A DNA stretch of 63,878 nucleotides, filler included, from Choristocarpus tenellus KU-1152 (GCA_964200185.2; 13 parts of 13 records of this genome joined end to end with filler, not necessarily neighbours in it); one strand, 5' to 3'; positions 38,919-52,543 are shown, counted from the first letter of the whole stretch. A program made the numbers and translations. The notes: generated by a model not told the origin, from the letters alone.

Positions 38919-40729
38919 TCAGCGTATAAGACCTCTGGTATCTTGTACAGAGGGAGGATATACGCGATACATAGGAATGGGGGAAAGAGGAGTAAACGCT
39001 TTACGATGTCAACAACGGTTGACTAGAGTTTGTGATCTAAAGATGCTTAACGAGTGTTAAACGATTATTTTAATCAACACTCCAGTGTGTGAAAAAACAA
39101 AAAACACAAACGGATGTACAATATGATTCACGTTCTGATATGATTAATAATATTATACATGTCAACAAACGCATTCCAGAGTTTAGAAATATTCAGAAAA
39201 TGCTTGGTCACAGCTCTAATATTCAGTCCATTCTCCCCCTCCGACTTCTTGGATACAATTGCCATACACATCACCCCTCCCCATTCGGTGTATCACGGTG
39301 GGCATGAACCAATACCCACAAGGCGAGAAGTCCTGACTGTTGGCCTAGTATTTCCCCATCTTGTTTCACGACTTCATTACTACAAAAAAAGGCGCAGTGC
39401 ATGAATGTGGCATTAATGAATATCTGATCTGATCGGGCAAAGGTTGATGGTATGTGGCCAGCAGATAAATCAAACTGTACGAGATCCGAGCATATGAGAT
39501 CAGCATATCAGCTAGCCTAGAATGCGAATGAGGTTGAGGGATTGTGGTCAGCATAGCATCGTCAAGCCCATGGTAGAGGTCTGGGAAAATGGGATCAGCA
39601 ATTGCAGTCAGCCTGAATACGAGTCCCAAGAGGTACACGTGGCCAGCAGAAAGGTCTTTCATATCTTGTACAAACAAGAGAATACTCAAGAATGAGAGTA
39701 GCGAGTAGATGCTTTACGATGTCAATAGTTCTTGACTAGCGTTTGTGATCTGATGGTGCTATTTATTGTAGAGGAACACTAGTACGGTGGGTCCAGCACA
39801 AGATCTGGGGGAGGAGGGGAAGTGACAAGCAGGTAGAAGGACACACGAGGAAGTAAGACACAAACGGATACTCTCCAATAGTCATAGTGCTCAATGCTGG
39901 TGTTATATATAGTATGAAAAGTAATGCAATGTGTAGTTCCACTGACCAAGGGCTGGCAAAGTCCCCGAACTCTGCCCAAATTATTGACCAATGATGTATA
40001 TATATATATATGGAATTTTACTTGATACTATTAGTAGTAGCAACACCAGAAGGGGTTAACGTGAGAGTGAACAAAAAAAAAAGACGTCAAGAATGGAGGC
40101 GGGAGTCTAAATGATCAGTAAGCTCTCTGCCTTACATGGTGCTCCTCTCCCCATAACATCTAATGAACATGAAACAAGTTCATAAATTGTGATAAGAGAA
40201 TCCTATATCGACCAAAAGTGGTCGTAGACACTTTATACTTGTCCCCGAACGACGACAGAGCGAGGCCCTTGCTGTATGCGCTTCCCATGTGCCTTCAAGA
40301 GTAATTACATGTAGATATGTATTGAACATTGCCCTTGGTGAGTCTATTTCGATAGAGCTGTTGTGGTGGAGAAAGCACCACATCTACACCACCCCTCCAC
40401 AGTATACCAGTGTCATATGTGTACTGTACTGTAACTTTCATAAAATTACACACATTACGATGTATTCTCACTCATATATAGTACAGCTTCTCAAGAAAAG
40501 CATCCGCAAGCCGTTGGATAGCTGGACAGACAACTCGCAGTTCGAATCAAATCAATGCCCAAAGCCAAATCTCCCTCCGATGGCCTACCCTATGTATTCA
40601 ATTGCACTCTACAAGGATATATATGCAGTACAATATCAAAAACACCACAATGGATCAAATGTAGCTGCATGGCCATGCACCTCCCATCGAACGCACTGAG
40701 TAAAACAACTTGTTTGCTGATAAAAAAAA

Positions 40730-41120
40730 ACCGAACGTCCACTTGCTTGATTGCCCTTGCCCCAATTGCACTGAGCCAAGTCAGCTTTGCTTTCCGGACA
40801 TGATACAAAACACCGTTCATGCTGCACTCTTCGACGGTTGTTTCTAAGCTTGCAAACTCATCGGCTACGTAAGAGTACGACGGTGGAGGAATCGAGAACA
40901 CTGAAGAGGCTGCTCCTTTCCTCGCGACCCCTGGTGCGCTGTCCCCTCCCATAAATCCATCGTCATCCTCGTCACCCAAGCTTTCATTGTCCGAATGGTA
41001 CAAGGATTACTCGAGCAGCTGGTCTTTCATGTCCTCTAGCATCGCATTGGCCACTTCATCGTTGTCTTTCACACCAATCCACGCTATTTCTGCGTTGATG
41101 GAAGCCTGACACGGTTTTCC
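40730..41120 (-). pseudogene. Probable pogo/Tc1-type transposase C-terminal relic
   Basis: WIGVKDNDEVANAMLEDM...* acidic linker...PPPSYSYVADEFASLE...YHVRKAKLTW...KQVDVRFFF. It has an in-frame stop and ends in a Q-x-D-V-x-x-FF (PIP-box-like) tail typical of pogo-like transposases. Recognised from memory only. Confidence 0.4.
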
Positions 41121-41495
41121 ACTGGGTTTGAGGTGCAGAGCGTCAGGAGCATTAGGGACATCCTGATGAATATATTGGGACACTTGTGGGACGAACGTCT
41201 ATGAGCAAAATGGTCATTCGTGATACCACAGCACACAGTATAGACAATACAGTACAACAGAAATGCGCGCAAAATTTCAAATAATTGAATTCTGATCCTC
41301 ATCAGCAGACAGTGCAGGAAGACAATTCCATCATGATCACAATCAACCTACTTTCAGACTTTCAATCCACACGCTGGCGCACCTCGTCATGTTTGNNNNN
41401 NNNNNNNNNNNNNNNNNNNNNNNNNNNNNNNNNNNNNNNTTAATTAATTAANNNNNNNNNNNNNNNNNNNNNNNNNNNNNNNNNNNNNNNNNNNN

Positions 41496-41566
41496 CCCAA
41501 AAATCGCGACATAAAAAAATTGACCCCAAATGGACAGCCGCCACCCCCTCCCAGATACTTTGAGCC
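41496..41566 (-). mobile_element. MITE family B end, truncated at gap
   Basis: TTGACCCCAAATGGACAGCCGCCACCCCCTCCCAGATACTTTGAGCC. Confidence 0.85.
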
Positions 41567-44500
41567 ATTATTCCGACCCATATGCAGAGGACTATTATAC
41601 AAACTGCACTACTTACACCAAATTCTGGAGCTAGAACTAGCTGTTGCAGCTACGACTGATTATTTTGCCTTCATGTGTGTTGCTTTTTACATGTTGGGTT
41701 CAGCAATCCCACCACTGCTCATCACTCTGCCTCCTACCTCAAATCTTGTGCTGTCGGACCCGCCAAGATGTTGCCACCTTGATCTTGGTGCGGTATTTTG
41801 GTGGCAGTAAAGAGAGACAAACAGGACAGTACAGGTGTACAATCCATTACACTTGTACGTAGACTTCAGATAGTAACATTTAAAAATTAAGGTTTCTGTG
41901 CAAAGTCTGGTGAATGTGATAGAATACTCGCCCAGTAACACTGTTCAGCAACAGCCATATATACCACACCTTTCTGTTCTGTGAGGTAGGCCTGTAGCGA
42001 GGTACACTTCACCCGTCCATATGAGCTGTTTGATACATCAAGTTCTCTCCAGAATGATATTCACATATACTGCTAGAAGCAAAATGACTGCATAGTTGTG
42101 GATATTCTTTTTCTTCTTCTCTTTTTCCCAAGCACAGTCCACATGGGGTTACCCAGGCACCCCCCCTCACTACTCCGGTCCTCATGGTGCTGCTGCTCGA
42201 GCACAGAGGCTACAAACTATCAGAGCTTCCCATACAATTTCTCCCCAGCGCAGCCCCCCGGCGTTACCCTTGCCCAGCATTTCGCCCTATGTACCCCATT
42301 CATGCCATAGGTCGGCATTATGATTGAGGCAATCCAATTGAGATGTGGGCAGGGCTGTATTTTAAGGATCCGGAGAAAGGGCAAACGTGTGTCATTTTGT
42401 GCTATTGTAGAAAGAGCTTCTGCCTAAACGTGGTGTCACTTGTGTGTGGAAGGAGGGATATCAATTTTGCGTACACTATTGTGCACGCAAAGCAATGAAA
42501 TGGATTGGATTCACAGGGCAAGGAATAGGACTTAGAGTGCAAACCTGCCTACCTCTCAGTAGGTTTAACTCATTGCTGCAAGCGTGACACAGGAGCAGCA
42601 TATAACAGAATTACTGTCAAAAGTATCGTGTTTCTGTTGGCAAGGCTATTATACAAGATAGTATTGCCGCACAAAGTGCAGGGATGAGGTACCTAACGGG
42701 ATATTGCAAGAGGAACCCAGGAGCGGAAGGAAAATCATCTTTGCCACATGTTCGACTGAGGAGCAGGCACCAAACAACCACACAAATGGGGCGTAGATCA
42801 TACTTCGACCTCGGTCCCTCTGGTTGTGTTGGTTAGAGTGTGAGCCCTGCAGGTCCCATCAGCAACCTTTTCCACGCATAGGAAGGTCCAATGAAGGGAA
42901 GTCCATATCGTCATGCACCTACTTAGACCTTGAACAACACCCAAATGCTGTCCATTTGAGGGTAGGATATACAGGTTGCACAATTAGTCTTCATCTAACC
43001 AGTTCCTACAAATCCATGGTCTCATTGAACTGTTGCGAACAACAACTGCAGATTTGAGGGGGAAACAGTGTTATATTGCCAACAAATACTGCGCACTAAA
43101 CGTAGTGAGCGCAAACCAAGCCAAATATCCCAGAGATATACTTGCCTGCTCCACGTGTGGTAAACGGTGCAAGCAAAGGAAATCGTCCCCAAATGATGCT
43201 TGGCGGTACAAGACTAGAAAAGAAGATTGGTTGCACATCTTGCTGTCGTACGACTTAGGGCATGACAAGAGTGCTACTCACCCAGCTACCCAGTCATATC
43301 AATTATTTTGAGGGTGTCTATAATGCTATTTGATATGTGTGCAAAAAGCCCTAAACAGTGGTCCATCCCACCCCAAAAACGCGGGCACTGCCAGAATAAA
43401 AGCTCTATCCCCCACAACGAAGTAATGTACTAAAATCTTTTTCCTAACGAATCTTTCCAAAGCATTGCATAAAAATGAACACATACATGAAGCTCAGCCT
43501 CAAAGAAAGCGTCATGTACTTGAAGCATTGTTTTAACGTAAGTCACAATATCTCGGAAAAACCACATTGCAATTTTTATTTTCGACATTATTTTTCAAGA
43601 GGATGGAACTCCGTTTTATGGACAGTTGCTGTATCGGATCACATTTCATAGAAGTTTTTGTCACAATTGAAATTCATTGGACAAACACAATCGGCATAGT
43701 CAATTTGTAACTCCCACATCAACGTTCAGATCATAACCTTGTTCTGATACTCCCTGTATCACACATCCAACCTCACGGTTTCAATCTACCTACCCGATCA
43801 CTATATAAACATTCCTTCCATATCAAGGGATGGTCAACCCACCTATTTTGTTATGGTCTGACTCCAGAGGATTTAAGCAATCATTGGGAAATAGAGGAGG
43901 TTTTGGTTTCGTTCCTGTTTTCGTTTGATTCCACTCTTCGAGTAATTGCAGCTTCTCCCACTTGGTTGCATTTGCGACTTACCCACTTTCAAGTTTGTAA
44001 TTGGACTTTAGGATGGAACTACCAGCAGCACACCCTTGCAGTGGCTATTTTTCAGAATTAGTTGAGTCGTTAGGAAATCTCACGCGGAATTTATCTCGCG
44101 ATTCGCCCAAAGAAAATGCTATATTATAAAAAGTTGTCGAAAGAAAAAAATACTTAGTTGTACGTATCCACATGTAACTGTTGTTCGTGCGACTTCTCAT
44201 TTCCTCCACTTTCCCATAGAAAAAATGAACTGAACTAGTTGTAGCGTGTGTCTGTTCTCTATGCTGGATAGACTTCTCAACCAAAATTTGTCGTGCCACC
44301 TATTTTACTTTAAACAGTACCATAGCAGCCTACAAGAAGCAAAGGGCCGTTACTTTCTCTGCTTTTTTCGGTGCCGATCCAATAGAGGTGCAGAGTGAAC
44401 CCCTTGTACGTGATAGCTCCCAAAAGCAGAAACATACGTTACGTTAGAGTATACAGTGTAGGATATAATGCCAGATTGGTTACAGGCAGACTGGGGGCTG

Positions 44501-45011
44501 TAGGAGGCATAATTTCGAATCACGTCATGGTCGAAAAGGGAAAAATCACGAATAATCCACAAGATTCATTCAATTTGTGCTAAGATTGGGGAGAAGGATG
44601 AGGGCATGTCTGGAGCCTACGAGTCGCAATCGACCAATACGATACGTTTGCCCTATAGGATCACCTCCCCCATCAATTATATACTCAATCATTTGGAGGA
44701 AAAGTAGTACTACAATAATTTCAATGGCAAATATCGAAAGAAGATACGCCTTTAAAAAGACATTACCGTTGGGCATGCCAGGTAAGCATTAAGAACCTGA
44801 ATAGACTGCTAACTTTATGGTGAATACAACATATTGCACTTCTTTAAAGCTCTCCTAGATTGCCACCATACACTAGAGCTCTATCTAATTAATCCTGGTG
44901 GATACAGAACAAATCCCTCACCTACTTTTCGCAATTAGTAACTCGATCAAAGGTAAAATGCCACACGGACAACTTCACTAGAAACAGAGACACATAATCA
45001 ACAAATTTTGA

Positions 45012-45244
45012 CAGTGAAACTATCTTAGAGGGTACGAATTTTTCCCTGTTTGTCCATTTGTGGGGCTTGGCTTCCCATGGATNNNNNNNNNNNNNNNNNN
45101 NNNNNNNNNNNNNNNNNNNNNNNNNNTTAATTAATTAANNNNNNNNNNNNNNNNNNNNNNNNNNNNNNNNNNNNNNNNNNNNGAAGCCAAGCCCCACAAA
45201 TGGACAAACAGGGAAAATTTGTACCCTCTAAGATAGTTTCACTC
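45012..45244. mobile_element. Family A-related element with two near-identical inverted left arms flanking a gap
   Basis: 45012-45082 and 45183-45244 are reverse complements of each other and share private variants (AAACTATC, TTTGTGGGG). Confidence 0.8.
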
Positions 45245-47600
45245 GTCAATGCAACGCCTAGGTTTACTGTAGCTGAATAAACTCAACAACACTTCTCAAC
45301 AAAAGTAATTCCTGTGCCACATTGCAAAGGGCTATATACTCACTCTCCGTGGAAGACAGGGCTATAACTCTTTGTACCTTTGACATCCAAGACATTGTTC
45401 CTCCTGCAAACATTATTGCTCCTCCAGTTACTGATCTACGATCATTCCAGTCTCCTGCATAACTAGCATCAGCATATGCACTCAACTCACACTCAGTATC
45501 AAAACCACCAAAACTCAATCCAACACTGGGACACGTATTTAAATATACAAAAATACACTTAACTGCACGCCAATGTGTGACTTTGGGATTACTACTATAC
45601 TTGGCAACCTCATGAACTGCATTTGCAATGTCAACCCTAGTCATAACAGGTGCCCACACCAGACAACCAAATGCCTCTCTGTACGGTGTATTTTCATCAA
45701 CACTTGGATGATGATCACTCTTGTCCAAAGTCCTTGAGGGATTGTGGGGTACCGCCCTCTTCTTTGCCCCATCCATACCAAATCCTTGACAAATACTCTT
45801 AATGTACCTATTCTGACTGATGGTGACAGTCTGTGCAATTCTGTCACGTGAAATAACACTACCCATAGAATGATCAATGTCACCACAGTCTTCAATGGAA
45901 AACTGCTCTTTAATCCTGGAGCGAACTCAAATCAAAACATCTTTTATACCAGCTATCAAAAGATTGTCAACGTGGGGGTCTATCACAGCACAAACAACAA
46001 CGTCTCTCACATAGCGTAATACACGGGGATCTGCTCTGCATTGCTCAAAACCACACTGTTCCAAAAAACAGATTATTAAACTCCCTGCTAGCCTGTTTGG
46101 TGCCACAAAGGGCTTTCGCTAAAAGCACAATCTTTGCGGACCATGTACCACATCCATCACATAGATGTACAAAAATATCTTCACTAATGTCTGCCTGGAT
46201 AAAAGCCTGCTTTATATCCCAATGCTTCTGTTCCCAGTCCTTGTCTGCAGCTAGTACTAAAACCATTTTCAAAGACGCAGGCGACCGTGTTGGAGCAAAG
46301 GTGTCTTGGTAATCAAAACCCTCAATCTGTCGAAAACCTTATGCTACCAAACGTTCCTTGTATCTCACTACCTCACCAAATTTGTTAGTCTTGCGCTTGT
46401 GAATCCATTTTGTGTCTATTACCCTGCGTCCAGGGGGTAATGCGACCTCACCCAAACATTATTCAACAACAAACCAGACATCTGTTCTGCTCTAGCTCGA
46501 TCCCACAAATCACATTCGGGAGAGCTACGTGCTGCTCTTAAAGTCTTGGGTTCTGGAGGGAGCTCATCCGCTAACACTCTAATATAGAATCATCACTCGC
46601 ATACACCACTAGTCTCTATGGAAACAGACAAACAAGCCATTAAGTATTGGACATGTGAAAAGCAGTAGTTCTTCCAGAATTGTCTCGACGGTTGCCGCCT
46701 TATCTGGTGTGGTGGGAAAGGGTGTTGTTGTTGTCACCATTTCCAATGCTTAGCCATCGAAGTTCCCTTTCGCATTGGCTGTCCTTAGTCTCATCCACCC
46801 CGTCGTCATCTCCATCATTGGTGTCATCATCCACAGTTTCACCACCAGTGTAGCTTCATTATCATCATCATCATCATCATCATCGCATTCACCCCCCATC
46901 TCCTGGATTTCAATGGTCCTTCTACATGTATGTAGAGGGAGAATGTACTCTATGGTGTCATCCAAATCTTCATCATCCCGTTCGAAATCAGAAGTTGGAA
47001 ATCATACCCTGCCATCCTTGGTGGGGTGCCAATGGATGTTGGCTCGGTAAAGTACACGATTAGGTGTGGAGTTCAGGACGCGGAAGGTGCCACGGGGTTG
47101 GTTTTCTGATATACCTATACCGACCATAATGCATTGCTGTCCACGGCTCCCAAGTTTGTGTCCTGGGCTGGACCTGTAGTATCCAGGAGTGCCGAAAGTC
47201 GGGATACCAGTCAGCGATCCAACTTCCCCATAAAGTACGCGATAAGGTGAGATCCCCATATTTGCAGTAGTTGTACTTCTGTTGTGGATGAATGCTGAAT
47301 AGGTATACTATACGCCTCTCCCCACAAGCACATTTTCTCACCCAATCCCACAGAATAAATTCTGGCTCGGGCATCACTATCAACTAGAGCAATGCAATGT
47401 TCCACCGGGGTTCTCCTGTCCTAGTCATTTCCCCTGCACTGCAACCATTCCCATTATCAAATCCTGAAATGCCTCATTCTTCCACTCCCCCCAAGGGTCA
47501 TGTCGAATATAGCGAATGCGCCGCCCGCTGGGAAGCACTTGGGTCTTGAACCAACGTCCAAGGGCCTTGGCTGCATTGCTTTTCTTCTGGAGTAGTAGAC
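45245..47600 (-). mobile_element. Degenerate Ty1/copia pol (integrase, RT, RNase H)
   Basis: Integrase relic (RIRYIRHDPWG.EWK, LWGEAYS, PYRVLYG). RT motifs WDIKQAFIQA and LAKALCGTKQASREFN. RNase H motifs YADASYAGDWNDRRSVTG and IALSSTESEYIAL. Many frameshifts and stops. Confidence 0.95.
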
Positions 47601-47609
47601 ACAGGAGTT

Positions 47610-47918
47610 TACTAGTTTTCTAACTTAAGCTAGTCCAGAGGATCGCAAGCTGTTAGACTCGATGAGCTTTTCGCCCGAAGGTTGCTATGTCTCTAATCAG
47701 CGACCAACTTCGGTGGGGCAGTTGCTAATGTGAGGTTGTTTATCCTGGCGATGTGTTAATGGATGGCCATGTAACAACGCCGGGTTTGATCTCATGACAG
47801 TAGCGATTCTTGGAACACCAGTAAACCTCTGTGTCTACCGTGGAGACAGTCTGGCGGAATTGAACCGCCAACCTTTTGAATGCCATCCAAATGCTCTACT
47901 AATGTAACTATGGCCCCC
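47610..47918 (-). mobile_element. Putative tRNA(Ala)-derived SINE or tRNA pseudogene with tail
   Basis: The minus strand begins GGGGGCCATAGTTACATTAGTAGAGCATTTGGATGGCATTCAAAAGGTTGCGGTTCAATTCCG: an A-box-like D arm, an Ala-like anticodon arm and B-box GGTTCAATTCC, but no 3' acceptor stem. About 240 bp of non-tRNA body follows. Confidence 0.55.
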
Positions 47919-48390
47919 TATATAAGTAAGCACCACCACAATATAATAAATTACTATTTTCTCACAAGACAATTTTTATATAATGTATGGTAAAAAAACA
48001 TCAAATTTATTAATGGAGCATTTATAAGGCGTATGAATAAAACTATCTGATCTAAATTCAGTAGGTACCCCTATTTTGGGCCCAAAAGATACGAGCCAAA
48101 TCGAAAAATATGCAATTTGTACCGCTTTTTTCGACATGCTCAAAAAATAGGCTTTTGTACCGGAATTCTCGTATTCGGGCGATTTGGCACAAAATCCNNN
48201 NNNNNNNNNNNNNNNNNNNNNNNNNNNNNNNNNNNNNNNNNTTAATTAATTAANNNNNNNNNNNNNNNNNNNNNNNNNNNNNNNNNNNNNNNNNNNNTGG
48301 CCCGCCGTATCCGTGGCGAGCGGTCATAGGTAGTTTAGCAAGCTTTCCTGTCTCAGTCGTGTTTTGGTCTCCACTTCAATTCACACTCAC

Positions 48391-48751
48391 CTGGTGCTTT
48401 TCAGCACCACCCAAGCAGAAAGAGTGTCTTCCCTACCCAAACTTTAAGATTCGACGTGAAGACCATTCGGATGAGTAATAGTGGCCGTGTGTGTGATGTT
48501 GGGTCTCAAACATGATTATTTAGGCGAAGAAACCCCAACACTGGTTCTTTTCTTAAATGGTACATTGATTGATACAACTGATAAAACTATCCCACTTTGC
48601 AGTAGGAAATACAGGCCGAACAGTCAATATTCCTCACTGCCTCAACTGCACTGTGCTTCGAGTGAATACTGGGTAGAGGTATGTACTGTGCTTGCGTAAT
48701 GGTTTCTGTTCCCCTGCCCTACCTCACGAATGATGTAGAATACTCGCTCAT
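48391..48751 (-). CDS. Probable first coding exons of an unidentified gene
   Basis: ATG at 48751. Exon 48751-48723 (MSEYSTSFV, GTAGGG donor) and exon 48441-48391 (SLGREDTLSAWVVLKST, GTGAGT donor) are phase-compatible. CpG-rich context. Confidence 0.35.
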
Positions 48752-49364
48752 AGAAGCTGCCGTTTCTCAGGACTTGTGCATGTAAAAGTATTGATTAATT
48801 CCTTCCTGGATTGGACAGGATACGACGAAGGGAAGACAAATAAGCAATATTAGTCACTATTCACTTATTATTCCTTACTCTAGTTTAATAACTCGTGTTT
48901 ACCTCCTCTCCATCAGAACACAAACTTTTTCTCTCCCACCGATTGATCGTTTCTTACGTTGTCTACTTCCACACAACAATAGGATGATTTTGACAAAATA
49001 AAGAAATCAACTGTCCAATTATGACAGACTATAACTGGACTGCACATCAGACGGATATGAGTTAGAATAAGATACTGATGTTCATGTAAAAGAGTGCATG
49101 TTCTCCCTGGCCAAAAAAGCATATTTGATACCAACAGAAACTGACTCGGGCCCCTTGTTTTCTCTCCTCTCTCCTGGCACTCTCGTTTTCACTGGTTTTT
49201 AGACATGCAGGTTACGTTCTAAACCTCGTCATGCCACTCTCGTATTCATGGATTCTTATCCAAGATAATACATGTATACAAAGTCACTCTCTTGTTTTAT
49301 ACAGTCTTCTGAAGAGTCTTCCCTTTTCTTCTAGCCTGGTCAGACATGTCAGCATTTGTATTCG

Positions 49365-49618
49365 TAGAGGTTAGAACCGCGTCCTTTTTGGGGGGTCAAA
49401 ATCCAATGTTGCGATTTTGATGTAATTTTGGCTATCGTGTTTGTTAGTAAGTAGGAAGTGTCAATATCTATGCTTTGGACACACCTTTTCATACCGTATA
49501 CATTTTACCTACTCCGAAACGTTCTGAAGTAGGAAAATGTCATTAAAACCCCCATGGGAAGCCAAGCTCCAAAGGGACAAACAGGGCAAAACTCGTACCC
49601 TCTAAGATACTTTCACTC
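49365..49618 (-). mobile_element. MITE family A copy lacking one terminus
   Basis: Colinear reverse match to 2913-3167. Ends TACCCTCTAAGATACTTTCACTC. Confidence 0.88.
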
Positions 49619-51532
49619 GGAGAACACAGGGGTAAGGAAGAGGCAGTTGTCTTGTAAGGTTGAAAACACACCGAAGGTAGACATGGAGACTTCTCTGTGA
49701 CTGAGAAAATTGTGATGTATGGGGAGTAATAATGAAAAGAGTTAACCCTAACCAGAAATTTGTTAAGGATTCCAAATCTTTTTTCAGAAATGAATTTCAT
49801 CAATATCTTCAAAAGTTATGGATAATGTGGCACAGATTTATGGCACGGAGGTAGTACTACTGTAACAGGGTACGGGAATCTGAGCAAAATATTCATGCAA
49901 TCTACACTAGAGCTCTGTACTTTGGAACGGACACATTAACTATCACACCCCGTCTCTATCTGTATGTGCACACTTCATAGAGGTTAAACTACAAATGGTT
50001 TGTTCCCCCACAAGAATAGATCTTTTTTTGTTTCTCTTTCAACGAATTTTCTACCGACACATTGTTACGTATGGATCCGACTTTCCTATCCTTGTCGTAC
50101 TTCGAATAGCCAGATCCAGATTCAAGTCCCAGGTCCCTTTGAGCAAATCTGAGCGTGCATCGTTTGCCATGGTCAGTTCCATTCCAGTTCTCAGCCTACG
50201 GCACCCAACAAAGTAAGTGAAGACATGGAGTCCACGACCAGTGTACAGTTCAAATCTTAGCCCACATTGCCGGGCCCCAATCTGGGTTTGAGGCAACAAG
50301 AGTGAGCGCGATCTGTGTCAGGATAGCCGCGAGGCATCCTTATGAATATTGGTTCGAATCTGAGGCCATAACATGCCTGTTTTTGGTTGGGTCCAAGTTA
50401 GACTCATGTAAAATTTTGAGGTGCAAGATAGGTTAATCTAAAAATGAGCTCCACAGTATTGAAATTTCCAAATTCGTGGGCATTTTGCACTACCAGCTTT
50501 CTACAATATCCACATGAAACCAATTTAATTTAAGGGATCTTTGCTCTTTCCTGTATTGTAGATGAGTGATTGTCTTGCTATTTCTATCTACACGACTTAG
50601 ATGGAGATTAAATTTGCTCTTCTTATTGGCATCCATTTTGCACCTACGTCAAACACATTTGGCGCATCAGAGCGCTAGGGTAGAGGGACAAATGGCATCT
50701 ATGAGCTCTCATGATTTCTTCGTGTTGGTTTTCTATTTCCCATGAGACTTTAGAAGGTCAATCTTGCGTATTAGTTTACTTTAGAAATGATCTGGCCTGG
50801 GTCTGACAGTAGTGACTACCTTCATTCCCACCTAGATTGAGATCAGGAACAAGTTGTGCAGGTGCAAGAATGATACTGCATTGTACACTGTACTGATGTA
50901 CGATATCGTCGCTTCAAAAAGATTGCACTTACTTTTTGCAAGCCACGCAACAAACTATGCACTAAGTGTTCCTATGTAAGCATCCGACTACTCGCTGTTC
51001 TCATTCATCAAGTGTTCTGCTCTTTCCTCTCTCTCTCTCTCTCTTCCTCTCTTGCTTTGTGTGTGTTGATGTTCAGAAGAAATGGATATACTTCGTAGCA
51101 CCTATGATGCAGTGTGGAAGAAATCCACCATCTATAGTACTGCTACCTTATAGTACTCCACTGTACATCCTCAGCTCTAAGTGTAGTACATGGTGGATCT
51201 ATTGGTGACAATTGCAAATATATTGAAACATTGATGTTAATGGTTGCTGGAAGAAAAATATGTTTGAGATACTAATGGCGTCATCTAACATTTTCGCCTC
51301 ACACTGAAGAGGTAGATATCTTCTTCGACAATACTGTATTGTATGAAATGAGCATACGACGCAGTATGTGTAGCCATGCTCCTGTTGGTCCTGAATAATG
51401 CCTTATTATAGCTGGTGGTGATATTATATGACCTGAACTTTTTTTAAGACGCCAGTACTCCTACTACTTACCATGTGTACTTTTGTGTATAATTTCCATC
51501 TCCAAGGATAGTACTGTTTAATGCAGAGATCT

Positions 51533-51708
51533 GACCCAAAGTATCTGGGGGGGGGGGAGGTCTACACCAGGGTGTCCGTTTGGCCCAAAATCAGGAAAAG
51601 TGTATTTACAGTATTCATTCGACGTATGCAACCAAATCGCCCAAAAATCGCAACATGAAAAAAACAAAACAACTGGACAGCTGCCACCCCCCCCATATAC
51701 TTCGAGCC
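51533..51708 (-). mobile_element. MITE family B, full-length copy
   Basis: GACCCAAAGTATCTG(G)n ... (C)nATATACTTCGAGCC. TCT on both flanks. Confidence 0.88.
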
Positions 51709-52365
51709 TCTTCATGGCTAAATGGGTAACATTGATAGACTGCAGTGCACGATTGCTCGCTTGCCAGCCTGGTTAATGCATGCAAGGGCCAATGCACATG
51801 GGATGTGTACTGGTGATATGTGAAAATTAGGATGCGCAATTACAGGTTTGAGGACCATCAACACATGAGGCGTCTATCTCTGTGAAGGGCCATTGTGTGG
51901 AGCTTTGTTTCGTACCAGGCTGGACGATGGCACATATCAAATTAGAGTACATAAGATAGAGATGAGTATGTTTATGTGGTTGATGAGTTATCACTATACT
52001 TCTATAACTATACTACTCTTTCGATATCTTGACAAACTAGCATACTTGTTACAAGGTTGATTTATTCAAGGAGTCTGAAACGAGGGGATCAAATCCAGAC
52101 CATGGAACCTGGACTTTTGATATTGAGACGGGGACAGAAAAGGCCAGGCTGAGTTAACTCAATTTAAGCCTAGAGAGGGAAGTTAAGAGGACAAGAAGTT
52201 AGCTACAATAGGAAAATCGTGCAAAGTGATGCAGGAGATGCTGCTGCTACAATCTGCAACAGGTAGAGGCAACCACAAACAACAAAACAACCAAATTCTA
52301 TGTAGGGAATTCACAGGACCACCTACCCTCACCATGGCACAGTGTGCAGGGAGTCAATTATCTCT

Positions 52366-52543
52366 GACCCAAAGTATCTGTGAGGGGGGGGGGTCTACAC
52401 CAGNNNNNNNNNNNNNNNNNNNNNNNNNNNNNNNNNNNNNNNNNNNNTTAATTAATTAANNNNNNNNNNNNNNNNNNNNNNNNNNNNNNNNNNNNNNNNN
52501 NNNCCCCCTCACAACCCACCCCCCCCCGAAGATACTTTGATCC
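52366..52543 (-). mobile_element. MITE family B ends flanking an assembly gap
   Basis: GACCCAAAGTATCTG...GTCTACACCAG, then the gap, then (C)nGAAGATACTTTGATCC. Confidence 0.8.

Noticed and set aside
42096-43311. Cys-rich short ORFs
   Set aside because: No recognisable family or consistent splice structure. Probably decayed TE.
47850-47918. Functional tRNA gene
   Set aside because: The acceptor stem cannot close and the D and anticodon arms are degenerate. Reported as a SINE or pseudogene instead.
50351-50360. GGTTCGAATC B-box/T-loop match
   Set aside because: No surrounding cloverleaf or A box.
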